Origin: Candidatus Hydrogenedentota bacterium
GTDB taxonomy: Bacteria > Hydrogenedentota > Hydrogenedentia > Hydrogenedentales > SLHB01
Direction of reading: 5' to 3'
DNA: 64,000 nt
Assembly (NCBI GenBank): GCA_963745075.1
Contig: CAVUWV010000018.1
Coordinates: forward strand, 96,001 to 160,000
The position numbers and the translations under genes were made by a program. Positions 1 through 9,196 of the stretch are shown here, one piece after another (within the stretch, counting starts at the first letter, position 1; every line of letters starts with the position of its first letter). Under the pieces are notes generated by a model, which was not told the DNA's origin, made no database searches, and saw nothing but the letters and a program-made list of their open reading frames with translations.

Positions 1-1
1 G

Positions 2-757
2 CCCTCGGGGCAGCAGGTTCCCATAAGCCGTGTGGCCGACATTCACGTGACGAAATTGCCGGCGGCGGTGACTCGCCTGAACGGACAGCGCGAGGTGACC
101 ATCCTGGCGGAGGTGAAGGGCAGTATTCCGGCGACGGTGGACCGTCTTCGTCAGGAATTCTCGTCACTCGAACTCCCGACGGGCTATAGTCTCGCCTTTA
201 CGGGGCAGTACCAAGTGATGAAACGCACGGTGACGGACTTTGTTCTGGTAGGCCTGGCGGCCGTGATGTTGATTTATCTGATCATGGCATTGCAGTTTCG
301 GTCATGGTTGCAGCCATTGGTCGTGCTGGTGACCATCCCGGTTGCGTTGGTTGGTGCGATTGTATTGCTTGCCATTAGTCGTGTCGGACTCGACGTGTCG
401 GTCGGAATGGGGGTCCTCACGCTGATTGGAATCGCGGTGAACAATGCGATCGTATTGGTCGACTACGCGAATCGCCAGACGGCCTCCGGCATGGGAATGG
501 CCGACGCCATGCGATCGGCCGTTACCGTCCGGCTCCGCCCCATTCTGATGACGGCCGCAACGACCATCTTCGCCCTGCTTCCGGTCGCGGTGAATCCTTC
601 GGTGGGATCGCGGATCTTTCAACCCTTCGCGATCACGGTCATCGGCGGGCTACTTTCGGCAACCGTTGCCACCTTGGTGCTGGTTCCTACGATTGCATTG
701 TCGACAAGAGCGGCGCCCGCAAGATCGAAACCGACCACCGTACATAATATGGAATGA
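2..757 (+). CDS. RND efflux transporter permease subunit (AcrB/CzcA family), C-terminal part; gene starts before window
   Basis: Frame open from window start; GIAVNNAIVLVD and RLRPILMT motifs; several TM helices. Confidence 0.9.
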   Translation, partial: PSGQQVPISRVADIHVTKLPAAVTRLNGQREVTILAEVKGSIPATVDRLRQEFSSLELPTGYSLAFTGQYQVMKRTVTDFVLVGLAAVMLIYLIMALQFRSWLQPLVVLVTIPVALVGAIVLLAISRVGLDVSVGMGVLTLIGIAVNNAIVLVDYANRQTASGMGMADAMRSAVTVRLRPILMTAATTIFALLPVAVNPSVGSRIFQPFAITVIGGLLSATVATLVLVPTIALSTRAAPARSKPTTVHNME

Positions 758-860
758 AATCATTCTAAAACTGACTTGAAAAGGCGACTACGCTTGTAAC
801 CGTTGGAGTGGAATCTAACGGAAACAAGCAGGGAATTGAGGGAAGGTCCAGCTTAGAACA

Positions 861-1196
861 ATGAAGATTCTGATTGGAATTGCCTTTGTGGTGGGATGTG
901 CGGTCATTCTCATCTATGCGGCACCGGCGATCGTAGAGACTGTGAAGTGGTACCTGCGACGACGCGACCTCGTGAACAGGTACGGGATCCAGAATGGGCT
1001 TTCCCTCGAGGAGGCCAAAGCGCGCCTACCGGGTACCTGGGAAGAATGGGACTCGGAACTGACGGGCAGCGGCGAGGTTGTCCGGTACAGTTGCACGCTG
1101 GAAAACGGGCCGGTCCTGGCGTTCTGTTTTGTGAACGGACGGCTGTACAGTTGGCACACGGAGGTGGAGCCGTTCGAACCGGACCAGCAGGAGTAA
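861..1196 (+). CDS. Hypothetical protein with N-terminal membrane anchor
   Basis: 111-aa ATG ORF with hydrophobic N-terminus, filling the gap between two genes. Confidence 0.6.
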   Translation: MKILIGIAFVVGCAVILIYAAPAIVETVKWYLRRRDLVNRYGIQNGLSLEEAKARLPGTWEEWDSELTGSGEVVRYSCTLENGPVLAFCFVNGRLYSWHTEVEPFEPDQQE

Positions 1197-1203
1197 CCGC
1201 CTT

Positions 1204-2553
1204 CTACGGCTGCTTCACTTCCTCGGCGAAGGAGGCCATGCGGGCCGCCAGATCTGCCGCAATTCCCGGCTCGTCTTTGACGACGTTGTAGCGTTCCCCC
1301 CAGTCCCGGCCGAGGTGGTACAACTCGGGCTCGGCGTCGGCGTTCTCTTTCCGGTATTTCCAGGGACCTTTCCGTACGGCTTGCAGGTTGCTGCCGAGGA
1401 AGTAATAGAAGTACTCGTGTGGGACGGCGCGCTCCCCTTTCAGCAAGGGCATGATGTCGTATCCGTCCATTGTGCGATCCTTGGGCACCTCCCCCCCGGC
1501 CTCCGCCACGAGGGTAGGCAAGAAATCCATGGTGGATGCTACGTCGTGGGACTCGATCCCCGCGGGAATCACACCGGGCCAGCAGGCGATCATGGGGACC
1601 CGAAAACCGCCCTCGTAGGTGGTGCCCTTCGCGCCGCGCAGGGGGCCCGGCGAACCGGTGTGCCACCATTCGTTGCCGCCCTGGAGCATACGGTCGGGCA
1701 GATTGAGCCAGGGGCCGTTGTCGCTGGTGAAGAGGATCAGCGTGTTGTCTTCGAGGCCTTGCTTCTTCAAGGTCTCCCTGATACGACCCGTGCTCCAGTC
1801 AATGGTTTGGATGACGTCGCCGTACAGTTCGGCATCGGATTTGCCCTGGAACTGCTTCGACGTGTGAACCGGCAGATGGGGCATGCTGTGGGCCAAGTAC
1901 AAGAAGAAGGGCTTGTCGCCGGACTCTTTGATGAACCGCACGGCCTCGTCCGTGTAGCGCTCGGTCAGGGTGTCCTGATCCACCGGGCTTTCGATGGGTT
2001 CGGTGTTGCGGTAGAGTTGCAGCGGCACGTCGGTCTGAACCCACGGCTTCCGCATGTCGTTACTGTAGGGCAGGCCGTACCATTCGTCGAAACCCCGGCC
2101 CGTGGGAAACAGATCCGGACGCTGATGGCCGAGATGCCATTTTCCGATGGCCATGGTCCGGTAGCCCTCGGGTTTCAGGGCTTGGGCGAGCGTGATTTCC
2201 GACTCGGGCAGGTGCTTGTCACTACCGGGTCCGGTATTGCCGGGCATCCCGCAGCGCACGGGATAGCGTCCGGTCAGGAGAGCCGCGCGCGAGGGTGAGC
2301 AGACCGCGGCGCCCACGTAGAAGGAGGTCATACGCATGCCATCTCGGGCCATCTGGTCCAGGTGTGGCGTGCGAATCATGGGATTGCCGAAACACCCGAG
2401 ATCGCCGTAGCCCATGTCGTCGGCGAAAATGATGATGAAATTGGGGCGCTTCTTCGATCCCAACGCGGCCTGCGCCGAGAATCCCGCCGCGCAGGCGCCG
2501 ACGCCCGCTGCGGCCATGCCGAGAAATCTCCTGCGGTTCAACGTAGGCACCAC
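1204..2553 (-). CDS. Tat-exported arylsulfatase (formylglycine-dependent sulfatase)
   Basis: NRRRFL Tat motif; PNFIIIFADDMGYGD, CSPSRAALLTGR and GKWHLG motifs; AGGAGG RBS before GTG at 2553. Confidence 0.95.
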   Translation of the reverse strand: MVPTLNRRRFLGMAAAGVGACAAGFSAQAALGSKKRPNFIIIFADDMGYGDLGCFGNPMIRTPHLDQMARDGMRMTSFYVGAAVCSPSRAALLTGRYPVRCGMPGNTGPGSDKHLPESEITLAQALKPEGYRTMAIGKWHLGHQRPDLFPTGRGFDEWYGLPYSNDMRKPWVQTDVPLQLYRNTEPIESPVDQDTLTERYTDEAVRFIKESGDKPFFLYLAHSMPHLPVHTSKQFQGKSDAELYGDVIQTIDWSTGRIRETLKKQGLEDNTLILFTSDNGPWLNLPDRMLQGGNEWWHTGSPGPLRGAKGTTYEGGFRVPMIACWPGVIPAGIESHDVASTMDFLPTLVAEAGGEVPKDRTMDGYDIMPLLKGERAVPHEYFYYFLGSNLQAVRKGPWKYRKENADAEPELYHLGRDWGERYNVVKDEPGIAADLAARMASFAEEVKQP

Positions 2554-2633
2554 GATACTCCCTCCTGATTGCATCCGCCGTACATCGTAACAAACCCGGT
2601 CGCCCATTGATACGTGGAGCGCTTGAGTGCGTC

Positions 2634-3803
2634 TAGTGTATTGATTCATAATTAAGGCAACTTTTTAGTCTTGAAAGGTATTCATCTTGTAGTGGAGGAT
2701 GAATGCCATGAGACATGCTTGTGAAATCGTGCTGGATACGCAGGAGCAATTGACGCTGGAGAAATGGTCGAAAGGTCGCATGACGCCCGTGCGGGTAGTG
2801 TTGCGTGCAAAGATCGTGCTGCTGGCCGCCACGGGGATGGAGAACAAGGACATTGCCGTGGAGCTTGGCATTGGCCGCGATACGGTGGGTCAGTGGCGGC
2901 GCCGCTTTTTGGAGCGTCGTTTGGCGGGGCTCGTTAAGGATGCGCCCCGCGGCGGCCGCAAGCCCACGCGCCGGGAAGCGGTGGCGGGGCTGATCGTGGA
3001 GCGCACGACGCAGACCAAGCCCGCAAACGCGACGCATTGGAGCACCCGGACGCTGGCCAAGGAATTGGGGGTAAGCCCTTCGATGGTCCAGCGGGTCTGG
3101 CTGGCCAACGGCTTGAAGCCTCACCGCGTCAAGACGTTCAAGGTCAGCAACGACAAACAATTCGTCGAGAAAATGCAGGACATTGTCGGGCTGTATCTTA
3201 ACCCCCCCGAGCACGCGCTGGTGTTGTGCGCGATGAGAAGAGCCAGATTCAGGCGCTGGACCGGACTCAACCGGGACTGCCCATCAAGAAGGGCCGTTGC
3301 GGCACGATGACGCATGATTACAAACGCAACGGCACGACCACGTTGTTCGCGGCACTGGAATTGGCGGAGGGACGATTGATCGGCACGTGCATGCAACGCC
3401 ATCGGCATCAGGAATGGATCAAGTTTCTCAAGCAGATCGACTCCGAAACGCCGCCGGGCTGGACTTGCATCTGATCGTTGACAACTACGCTACCCATAAA
3501 CACCCGAAGGTTAAGGCATGGCTCAAACGGCATCCCCGCTTCCACATCCACTTCACGCCGACGAGCAGTTCGTGGCTGAACCTGGTGGAGCGTTGGTTTC
3601 GCGAGATCACCGACAAGCGGATACGGCGCGGCGTCTTCAAATCCGTCAAGGAACTTGTCGCCGCAATCATGGACTATATCCAGCACCACAATGCAGAACC
3701 CACAACCTTCACCTGGACTGCCAAAGCCGAAGACATCCTCGCCAAAGTCGCCCGCGCCAGGACACGGCTCGATAAGTTGGCAACAGCGTGAATCAATACA
3801 CTA
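2634..3803 (+). mobile_element. IS630-family insertion sequence
   Basis: Perfect 16-bp inverted repeat CTAGTGTATTGATTCA (2633-2648) / TGAATCAATACACTAG (3789-3804), including TA duplication in a CTAG target; internal transposase. Confidence 0.93.
2699..3791 (+). pseudogene. IS630 transposase, split by two -1 indels (~3230, ~3458); possibly assembly errors
   Basis: HTH N-terminus, then [34 protein letters not shown] and SSWLNLVERWF spread over three frames. Confidence 0.88.
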
Positions 3804-4029
3804 GCACGATGGATCCCCGCGTTTGAGAGAATAACGGTGGGGGGATTGTGGCGGTTTGGATCACGGGAAGACGTTCGATTGGCAGTATTTGTCTTCTTCT
3901 TTGTGTTTTTCGCACCTTCGTGGTTCACACCTATTGAACGTCTGCACCGTAGTAAAGAAAGAGGTTTCAGGACAAGCACTTGAGACTGGTGGGCGGGAGA
4001 AGACTCTCCCCTTTTGCGTCAAATGTGGC

Positions 4030-4058
4030 TTGCCGAAAATCGGTATTTGGAATACACT
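4030..4058 (+). promoter_or_regulatory. sigma70-type promoter for the small ORF at 4121
   Basis: TTGCCG-17 nt-TACACT. Confidence 0.5.
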
Positions 4059-4120
4059 TTTAAGTGGGTAGTGGGATGACAAAGTGGGCGGTGCCACTGG
4101 CACCGGAAAGGAGAGGAACT

Positions 4121-4243
4121 ATGGCGGTCGATGCAAGGGATTATGCTGTGTGGCGGGACAATCTGGGTCAGCTTCTGCTGGCCATCTTCCAGATTCTAAT
4201 TGGGCTCTTATTGCCTGCCATTCAATCGGCACGGAGGCGGTGA
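4121..4243 (+). CDS. Small 40-aa membrane peptide MAVDARDYAVWRDNLGQLLLAIFQILIGLLLPAIQSARRR (not in ORF track)
   Basis: AAGGAGAGG RBS directly upstream of ATG; upstream promoter; one TM helix ending in pilin-like LLLPAIQSAR. Confidence 0.7.
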   Translation: MAVDARDYAVWRDNLGQLLLAIFQILIGLLLPAIQSARRR

Positions 4244-4368
4244 GCCGAGGATGATTCAGCCGCGTTTGCAGGGACCTTAGCCTACTCCGGGTGGAACTTA
4301 CACGGATACAGACGGTTATAGACGGACTTTCGTGGAGTGGGCTTGGGGGGATCGCCGCGAGAACCCGT

Positions 4369-5082
4369 TCAGAGCAGCGAATCCAAGTAGGCGGGGACCG
4401 GGCTCTCAAAGTGGACCGGTTCTCCGCTGAAGGGGTGGCGGAATGATATCGAGCGTGCATGAAGGGCAATGCGTTTGTGGGCCTTGTCCTTCTCGCCGTA
4501 CTTTCGGTCGCCGACAATCGGGTGCCCGATGTCGGCGAGGTGTACGCGGATTTGATTCTTCCGTCCGGTTAGCAGGGTGATCTCGAGCAGACTGAACGCG
4601 GCGGTTTCCTTCAGGACTTGATACTGGGTGTGGGAGAGCTTGCCCTTCTTCGGATTCTTGGTTGAATACACGACCAGGGCGCTATTCTCGGCGAGATAGG
4701 ACGTGATCGTCCCGGAGGGTTTTGCGAGGCAGCCATGCACGACGGCACGATATTTCTTCTCGACCTGGTCCCATTGTCCTTGTAAGCGTTCCTTCGCCTC
4801 GGGAGTCTTTGCGAACACGAGGATTCCCGATACTTCCCGGTCCAGGCGGTGCACGATGAAGATGCGCTTCCGGGACTTTGCATTGCCCTTGCGGACATAG
4901 TTCGTCAGCCGGTAGTACGCCGTCTTGGTCCGTTCCTTGTCGGTCCCCATGGTCAGGAGGCCAGGCGCCTTGTCCACGACGAGGATGTCGCGGTCTTCAT
5001 GCAGCAGCGTAAGCCCTTGCAGCCGGCGAGCGTGCCTGGAGGATTTCGTGTCGGTCATCGTTGCCTTTCGTGCGCGCGGCAT
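4369..5082 (-). CDS. RluA-family RNA pseudouridine synthase (start may be 5058)
   Basis: VDKAPGLL, VHRLDREVSG (catalytic Asp), TGRKNQIRVH, GHPIVGDRKYG, LHA motifs. Confidence 0.95.
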   Translation of the reverse strand: MPRARKATMTDTKSSRHARRLQGLTLLHEDRDILVVDKAPGLLTMGTDKERTKTAYYRLTNYVRKGNAKSRKRIFIVHRLDREVSGILVFAKTPEAKERLQGQWDQVEKKYRAVVHGCLAKPSGTITSYLAENSALVVYSTKNPKKGKLSHTQYQVLKETAAFSLLEITLLTGRKNQIRVHLADIGHPIVGDRKYGEKDKAHKRIALHARSISFRHPFSGEPVHFESPVPAYLDSLL

Positions 5083-5189
5083 CGACTATGAAATGCGGCA
5101 CGCGGCGGTATATCCGCAACCAACTCTATACCTTTCGGCCACGATTGGAAAGCACTGCCCCGGCGGAGAAGGACGAACCGGCAACGCTA

Positions 5190-6107
5190 TCAGCGTTTGA
5201 TGGCGTGGACGGTGATGGCGCTTGCGAAGGGGTAGATGTACCGGCCACCGGTGAGGTGATACAGCACGAGGCCTGGGATCTTGATCATCCAAATGAGGGC
5301 GGCGCTCAGCGGTGTCGGCGCGGAGTATGGGCGGGCGATTTCGGTATGGATATTCTCGAACCCAGCGCGGCGCAAGTATTCGGGAAGCGTCTTGGGCGAG
5401 AAGTCAAAGAGGTGCCGGGGCGCTTCGAAGTAGATGGGCAACCATGGCAGCCAGCGCTTGAGGCGGATGTATGGGCCGACGTAGGGCACTTGGATGAGCA
5501 ATAGTCCGCCGGGCGCGAGCCAGCTTGCCATACGCTGGATTGCCGCAGCCGGGTCTTTGACGTGTTCGAGGACGGCGATGAGGACGACACAGTCCTGGCT
5601 TTCCGGGCGAAACTCCGCATCTTCGAGGCTGCCTTGATGGAATTCGACGTTGGGGCAGTGCTCGCGCGCGTAGTCGAGGGCGTTTCCGCTCATCTCAACG
5701 GCGGTCACCTTCCACGGTTGATCGGCGATGGCGCGGAGTAAGGCCCCGTAACCGCAGCCGATCTCGAGGAGACGCCCGCCTTGCGGTTTCCGGCGTTTGA
5801 TGATGCGGCTGAGGTGTTTCTCGATGTATCCGAGCGACCGCATTTCGACCGCTTCGTCGGAGTCGTCGGTATACATGCCTTCGTAGAACCTGGGCAGTTC
5901 GGCAGCGGTTGGTTGCGGCGACACGTAGATAAGCCCGCACTGAAGGCACTGGCGAATGTGAAACCCGAGCTCGGTCCCAAGTTCGTCGTACTGGTTGCTT
6001 CGGCACAGATTGCAGTCGACCTCTTCCACTTCCCCACTCTCGAATGCATGGGAGAAGGTCGTGAAGAACGATCGTTTGACTTCCATGGCGTCGCCGGCCT
6101 TCGGCAT
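5190..6107 (-). CDS. Class I SAM-dependent methyltransferase with N-terminal Cys-pair (Zn-ribbon-like) region
   Basis: CNLC...CLQCG; LLEIGCGYG; VLEHVKDP; PRHLFDF. Confidence 0.9.
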   Translation of the reverse strand: MPKAGDAMEVKRSFFTTFSHAFESGEVEEVDCNLCRSNQYDELGTELGFHIRQCLQCGLIYVSPQPTAAELPRFYEGMYTDDSDEAVEMRSLGYIEKHLSRIIKRRKPQGGRLLEIGCGYGALLRAIADQPWKVTAVEMSGNALDYAREHCPNVEFHQGSLEDAEFRPESQDCVVLIAVLEHVKDPAAAIQRMASWLAPGGLLLIQVPYVGPYIRLKRWLPWLPIYFEAPRHLFDFSPKTLPEYLRRAGFENIHTEIARPYSAPTPLSAALIWMIKIPGLVLYHLTGGRYIYPFASAITVHAIKR

Positions 6108-6248
6108 AGCAGCGTGAATCCCCGGTGGTGGACGTTGATGAAACAGAGATGGACGGGGTCATCCCGAACTCCGCGGGTAATGGTAACTTACGTGTGGTTT
6201 AGAACGCAAACCACGTGCGCGGGAACGCGCACGAAATCTCGACGTACA

Positions 6249-6278
6249 TTGACATATTCCCGAACAGACAGATATCAT
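6249..6278 (+). promoter_or_regulatory. Putative sigma70 promoter of the radical SAM gene
   Basis: TTGACA-18 nt-TATCAT. Confidence 0.45.
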
Positions 6279-6483
6279 GGATCGTTGCTGTTATGGTGAC
6301 TGCGACAGGATTCCTCGCCGGCGTGGGAGCGCGCCCTTCCGCTTCGAGTTGGGCGGTGCTATCGGTTCGCCGCGCAGGCGACGGCGAGTGAACTCCCTGA
6401 TAGACGCGCCGTTACGATCGGAAGCACCGAACGATTCGGCGCCGGAGACGGAGAATGAACGTGGGATTCGGAAAGGACTTGCG

Positions 6484-7611
6484 ATGCGGTCACGGTTAAG
6501 CAGGGGCTTCCGGATCGCCGTGTGCGCGCTGAAGATTAACCGCCCGGTGAACGTGATTTTCCACGCGACGATGCGGTGCAACGCGCGCTGCAAAATGTGC
6601 CTGGTGTGGAAGAAAGTTTGGGGACCGGAAAGTCACGATCGCGCCATGATGACGGCCAGCCAGATCGAGAAGATGACCCGATCGATCGGGTGGCTGTTGC
6701 GGGCGGAGATCGTGGGCGGCGAGCCGTTCATTCGGAAAGATATCGACGACGTCCTGTTTGCGTTTGCGAAGAATTGTCGGCCGCTGGTCATGACCATCAC
6801 CACGAACGGGAGTCTTCCACAAAAAACCGCCGCCACGGTGACGAAGCTGCTGGAGGCGTATCCCGATCAAGTGCTTCGGTTGAATGTTTCGGTAGACGGA
6901 TTCGGCACGCAGCACGACGAGATTCGTAAAATACCGGGACTGTATGAGAAGTGCAAGGAGACCGTCATACGGTTGCGCGAGATCCAGGCGAAATATCCAC
7001 AGGTCACCGTGAATGTGATGACGGTGGTCTCGCATTACAACGGCGAGGGGATCGCGGAAACCGTCGAGAACATCGAGCGGGATCTCAAACCGGATTATCA
7101 TTCGTTGATGCTAGCCTTTGGGGATACGCCGGAAGCGGAAGGCCGCGATTTTCCGGTCGAGGAGTACGCGCGCGTTTTCATGGAAGCCAAGGCGCGGAAA
7201 CGGCCTGCGAAGAATCTTCCGCTGGCGGCGGTAAGCAAGGTTTTGGATACGTTTCAGGCGAAGTTGATGGAGGAGACAAAGGCACAGCGGCGTCAGGTCG
7301 TGCCGTGCGTGTCGGGATCGCGGCTCCTGATTATCGATGATGACGGCGTTGTGAAACCGTGCCTGGAGCTTCAGAACAGCGACATGCAGAAAGAAGGGCT
7401 GCCCAGCGTAAACATGGCGAACATTCGGGACTTTGATTTCTCGGTGCGCCGCGCGATGAAAGACCCCCATGCCCGGGCCGTGACGAAGTTCGTCAAGGAC
7501 GGGAAATGCCACTGTACGTCGGAATGCTATATGATTCCGAGTATCCTGCTCAGCCGCCGGTTCCTTCCCAAAGTCGCGTGGGCGACATTGAAACACCTGG
7601 TCTCGCACTAG
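6484..7611 (+). CDS. Radical SAM protein with SPASM/twitch C-terminus (ORF open from 6277)
   Basis: CNARCKMC, GGEPF, TTNG, SVDG; C-terminal CVSG...GVVKPC...CHCTSEC. Confidence 0.9.
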   Translation: MRSRLSRGFRIAVCALKINRPVNVIFHATMRCNARCKMCLVWKKVWGPESHDRAMMTASQIEKMTRSIGWLLRAEIVGGEPFIRKDIDDVLFAFAKNCRPLVMTITTNGSLPQKTAATVTKLLEAYPDQVLRLNVSVDGFGTQHDEIRKIPGLYEKCKETVIRLREIQAKYPQVTVNVMTVVSHYNGEGIAETVENIERDLKPDYHSLMLAFGDTPEAEGRDFPVEEYARVFMEAKARKRPAKNLPLAAVSKVLDTFQAKLMEETKAQRRQVVPCVSGSRLLIIDDDGVVKPCLELQNSDMQKEGLPSVNMANIRDFDFSVRRAMKDPHARAVTKFVKDGKCHCTSECYMIPSILLSRRFLPKVAWATLKHLVSH

Positions 7612-7986
7612 TCCCGTTTGCAGCGGTCCCGAGATTGCCGGCACTTCAGCGGATTCCCCAGAAGATTCACCCACCACCAAGACGACGCACCGTCCCTCCC
7701 GTGCAATCATTCGCAGAGCACAAAGAAAGTGCCCCGACCGTGAATCGAACACGGATCTAATCCTTAGGAGGGACTTGTTCTATCCGTTGAACTATCGGGG
7801 CGGAAGGAAAGGTAGTAATAGCGGCTGGGGGCCGGTGTTGTCAAATGTGCGTCGTGCCCGTTTGGCAATTCCTCTCATTGGGTGAACAGGGGGACTTTCT
7901 GCGACGCGCCTTTTGCGCGTGTGTTGGCCGGGATGTGGTAGGCTGGAGCCGGTGTTTGACATGCGACCCGGGGAGGAATCTTTATC

Positions 7987-9186
7987 ATGATCGAACGCAG
8001 TTCACGACGCGGTTTCTTGCGGCAGGTGTCCGTTGGCGCGGGAATGGCAGGATTGAGCCGGATGGCGGCAGCGGCCGAAAAGCCGATCCAGGGCTTTGAT
8101 GAGACCAAGACGGACATCCAGAAGGACGCGGTCTGGCAGCCGGTGTCGGATCGCAAAGTGCGGATGGGCATTGTGGGGTACGGGGTGTGCAAGTTCGGCG
8201 CGGCGTTCAGCCTTCAGGATCATCCGAACGTAGAGGTTGTCGCCGTCAGCGATTTGTTTCCCGATCGGTGCGATGCGTTGGCCAAGGCGTGCCGTTGCGA
8301 AAAGACCTTGCCGTCGTTGGAGGAGATGGTCAAAGACGATTCCATCGAAGCGATCTTTCTGGCAACGGACGCGCCGAGTCACGGGCGGCACGCCAGGTTG
8401 GTGCTGGAGCACGGCAAGCACGTAGCGAGCGCGGTGCCCGCGGTGTATGGGTCTCTTGAGGAAGCGGACCAACTCTACGAGACCGTCAAGCGGACGGGGC
8501 TCACGTACATGATGTTCGAAACGTCGGCCTTCCGCGACGATTGCTACGCCATGCGGACGCTCTACGAAGCGGGGAAGTTCGGCAAGCTGATCTACACGGA
8601 GGGTGAGTACTACCACTACACCGCAACGCCCATCGACTCGTACAAGGGCTGGCGCATCGGAAGCCCGCCGTTGTGGTATCCGACTCATTCGACGGCCTAC
8701 CACGTTGCGGTGTCGGGCGAGCATTTCACGGAAGTCTCGTGTATGGGCATGCCGAGCGCGATGGAGCCCCTGCGACCCGAGAACAACCGGTACAAGAATC
8801 CTTTCGGCACCGAGATCGCCTTGTTGCGCGCGAGCGAGGGCGGCATGTCGCGGATGCTGATGAGCAAAGACTCCCCCGGTTACCATGGGGAAGTCGGGCG
8901 CGTCCGTGGACAGTTCGGTTCCATGGTTGGCACCAAATACGAAGGCAATGCCGATATCTCGGGAATCGAACTTAAAAAGCCGCCCCTGCCGCCGAACGTG
9001 CAACCCGGTGGCCACGGGGGATCCCACGGGTACCTGGGCAACGAGTTTGTTACCGCCATTTTGCAAGACCGTAATCCGCTCGTGCACATCGCATGGGCGC
9101 TGAACATGACGGTCTGCGGCATCGTCGCCCACGAATCGGCGTTGAAAGACGGAGAGCTACTCAAGATCCCTCATTACACAATTTAA
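7987..9186 (+). CDS. Tat-exported Gfo/Idh/MocA-family oxidoreductase
   Basis: SRRGFL Tat signal; GIVGYG; HGKHVASAVP; GGHGGSH. Confidence 0.9.
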   Translation: MIERSSRRGFLRQVSVGAGMAGLSRMAAAAEKPIQGFDETKTDIQKDAVWQPVSDRKVRMGIVGYGVCKFGAAFSLQDHPNVEVVAVSDLFPDRCDALAKACRCEKTLPSLEEMVKDDSIEAIFLATDAPSHGRHARLVLEHGKHVASAVPAVYGSLEEADQLYETVKRTGLTYMMFETSAFRDDCYAMRTLYEAGKFGKLIYTEGEYYHYTATPIDSYKGWRIGSPPLWYPTHSTAYHVAVSGEHFTEVSCMGMPSAMEPLRPENNRYKNPFGTEIALLRASEGGMSRMLMSKDSPGYHGEVGRVRGQFGSMVGTKYEGNADISGIELKKPPLPPNVQPGGHGGSHGYLGNEFVTAILQDRNPLVHIAWALNMTVCGIVAHESALKDGELLKIPHYTI

Positions 9187-9196
9187 CGATGAGCAG

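Noticed and set aside
3226..3474. Programmed frameshifting in the split genes
   Set aside because: No slippery heptamers; breaks are scattered across unrelated genes, which is better explained by sequencing indels.
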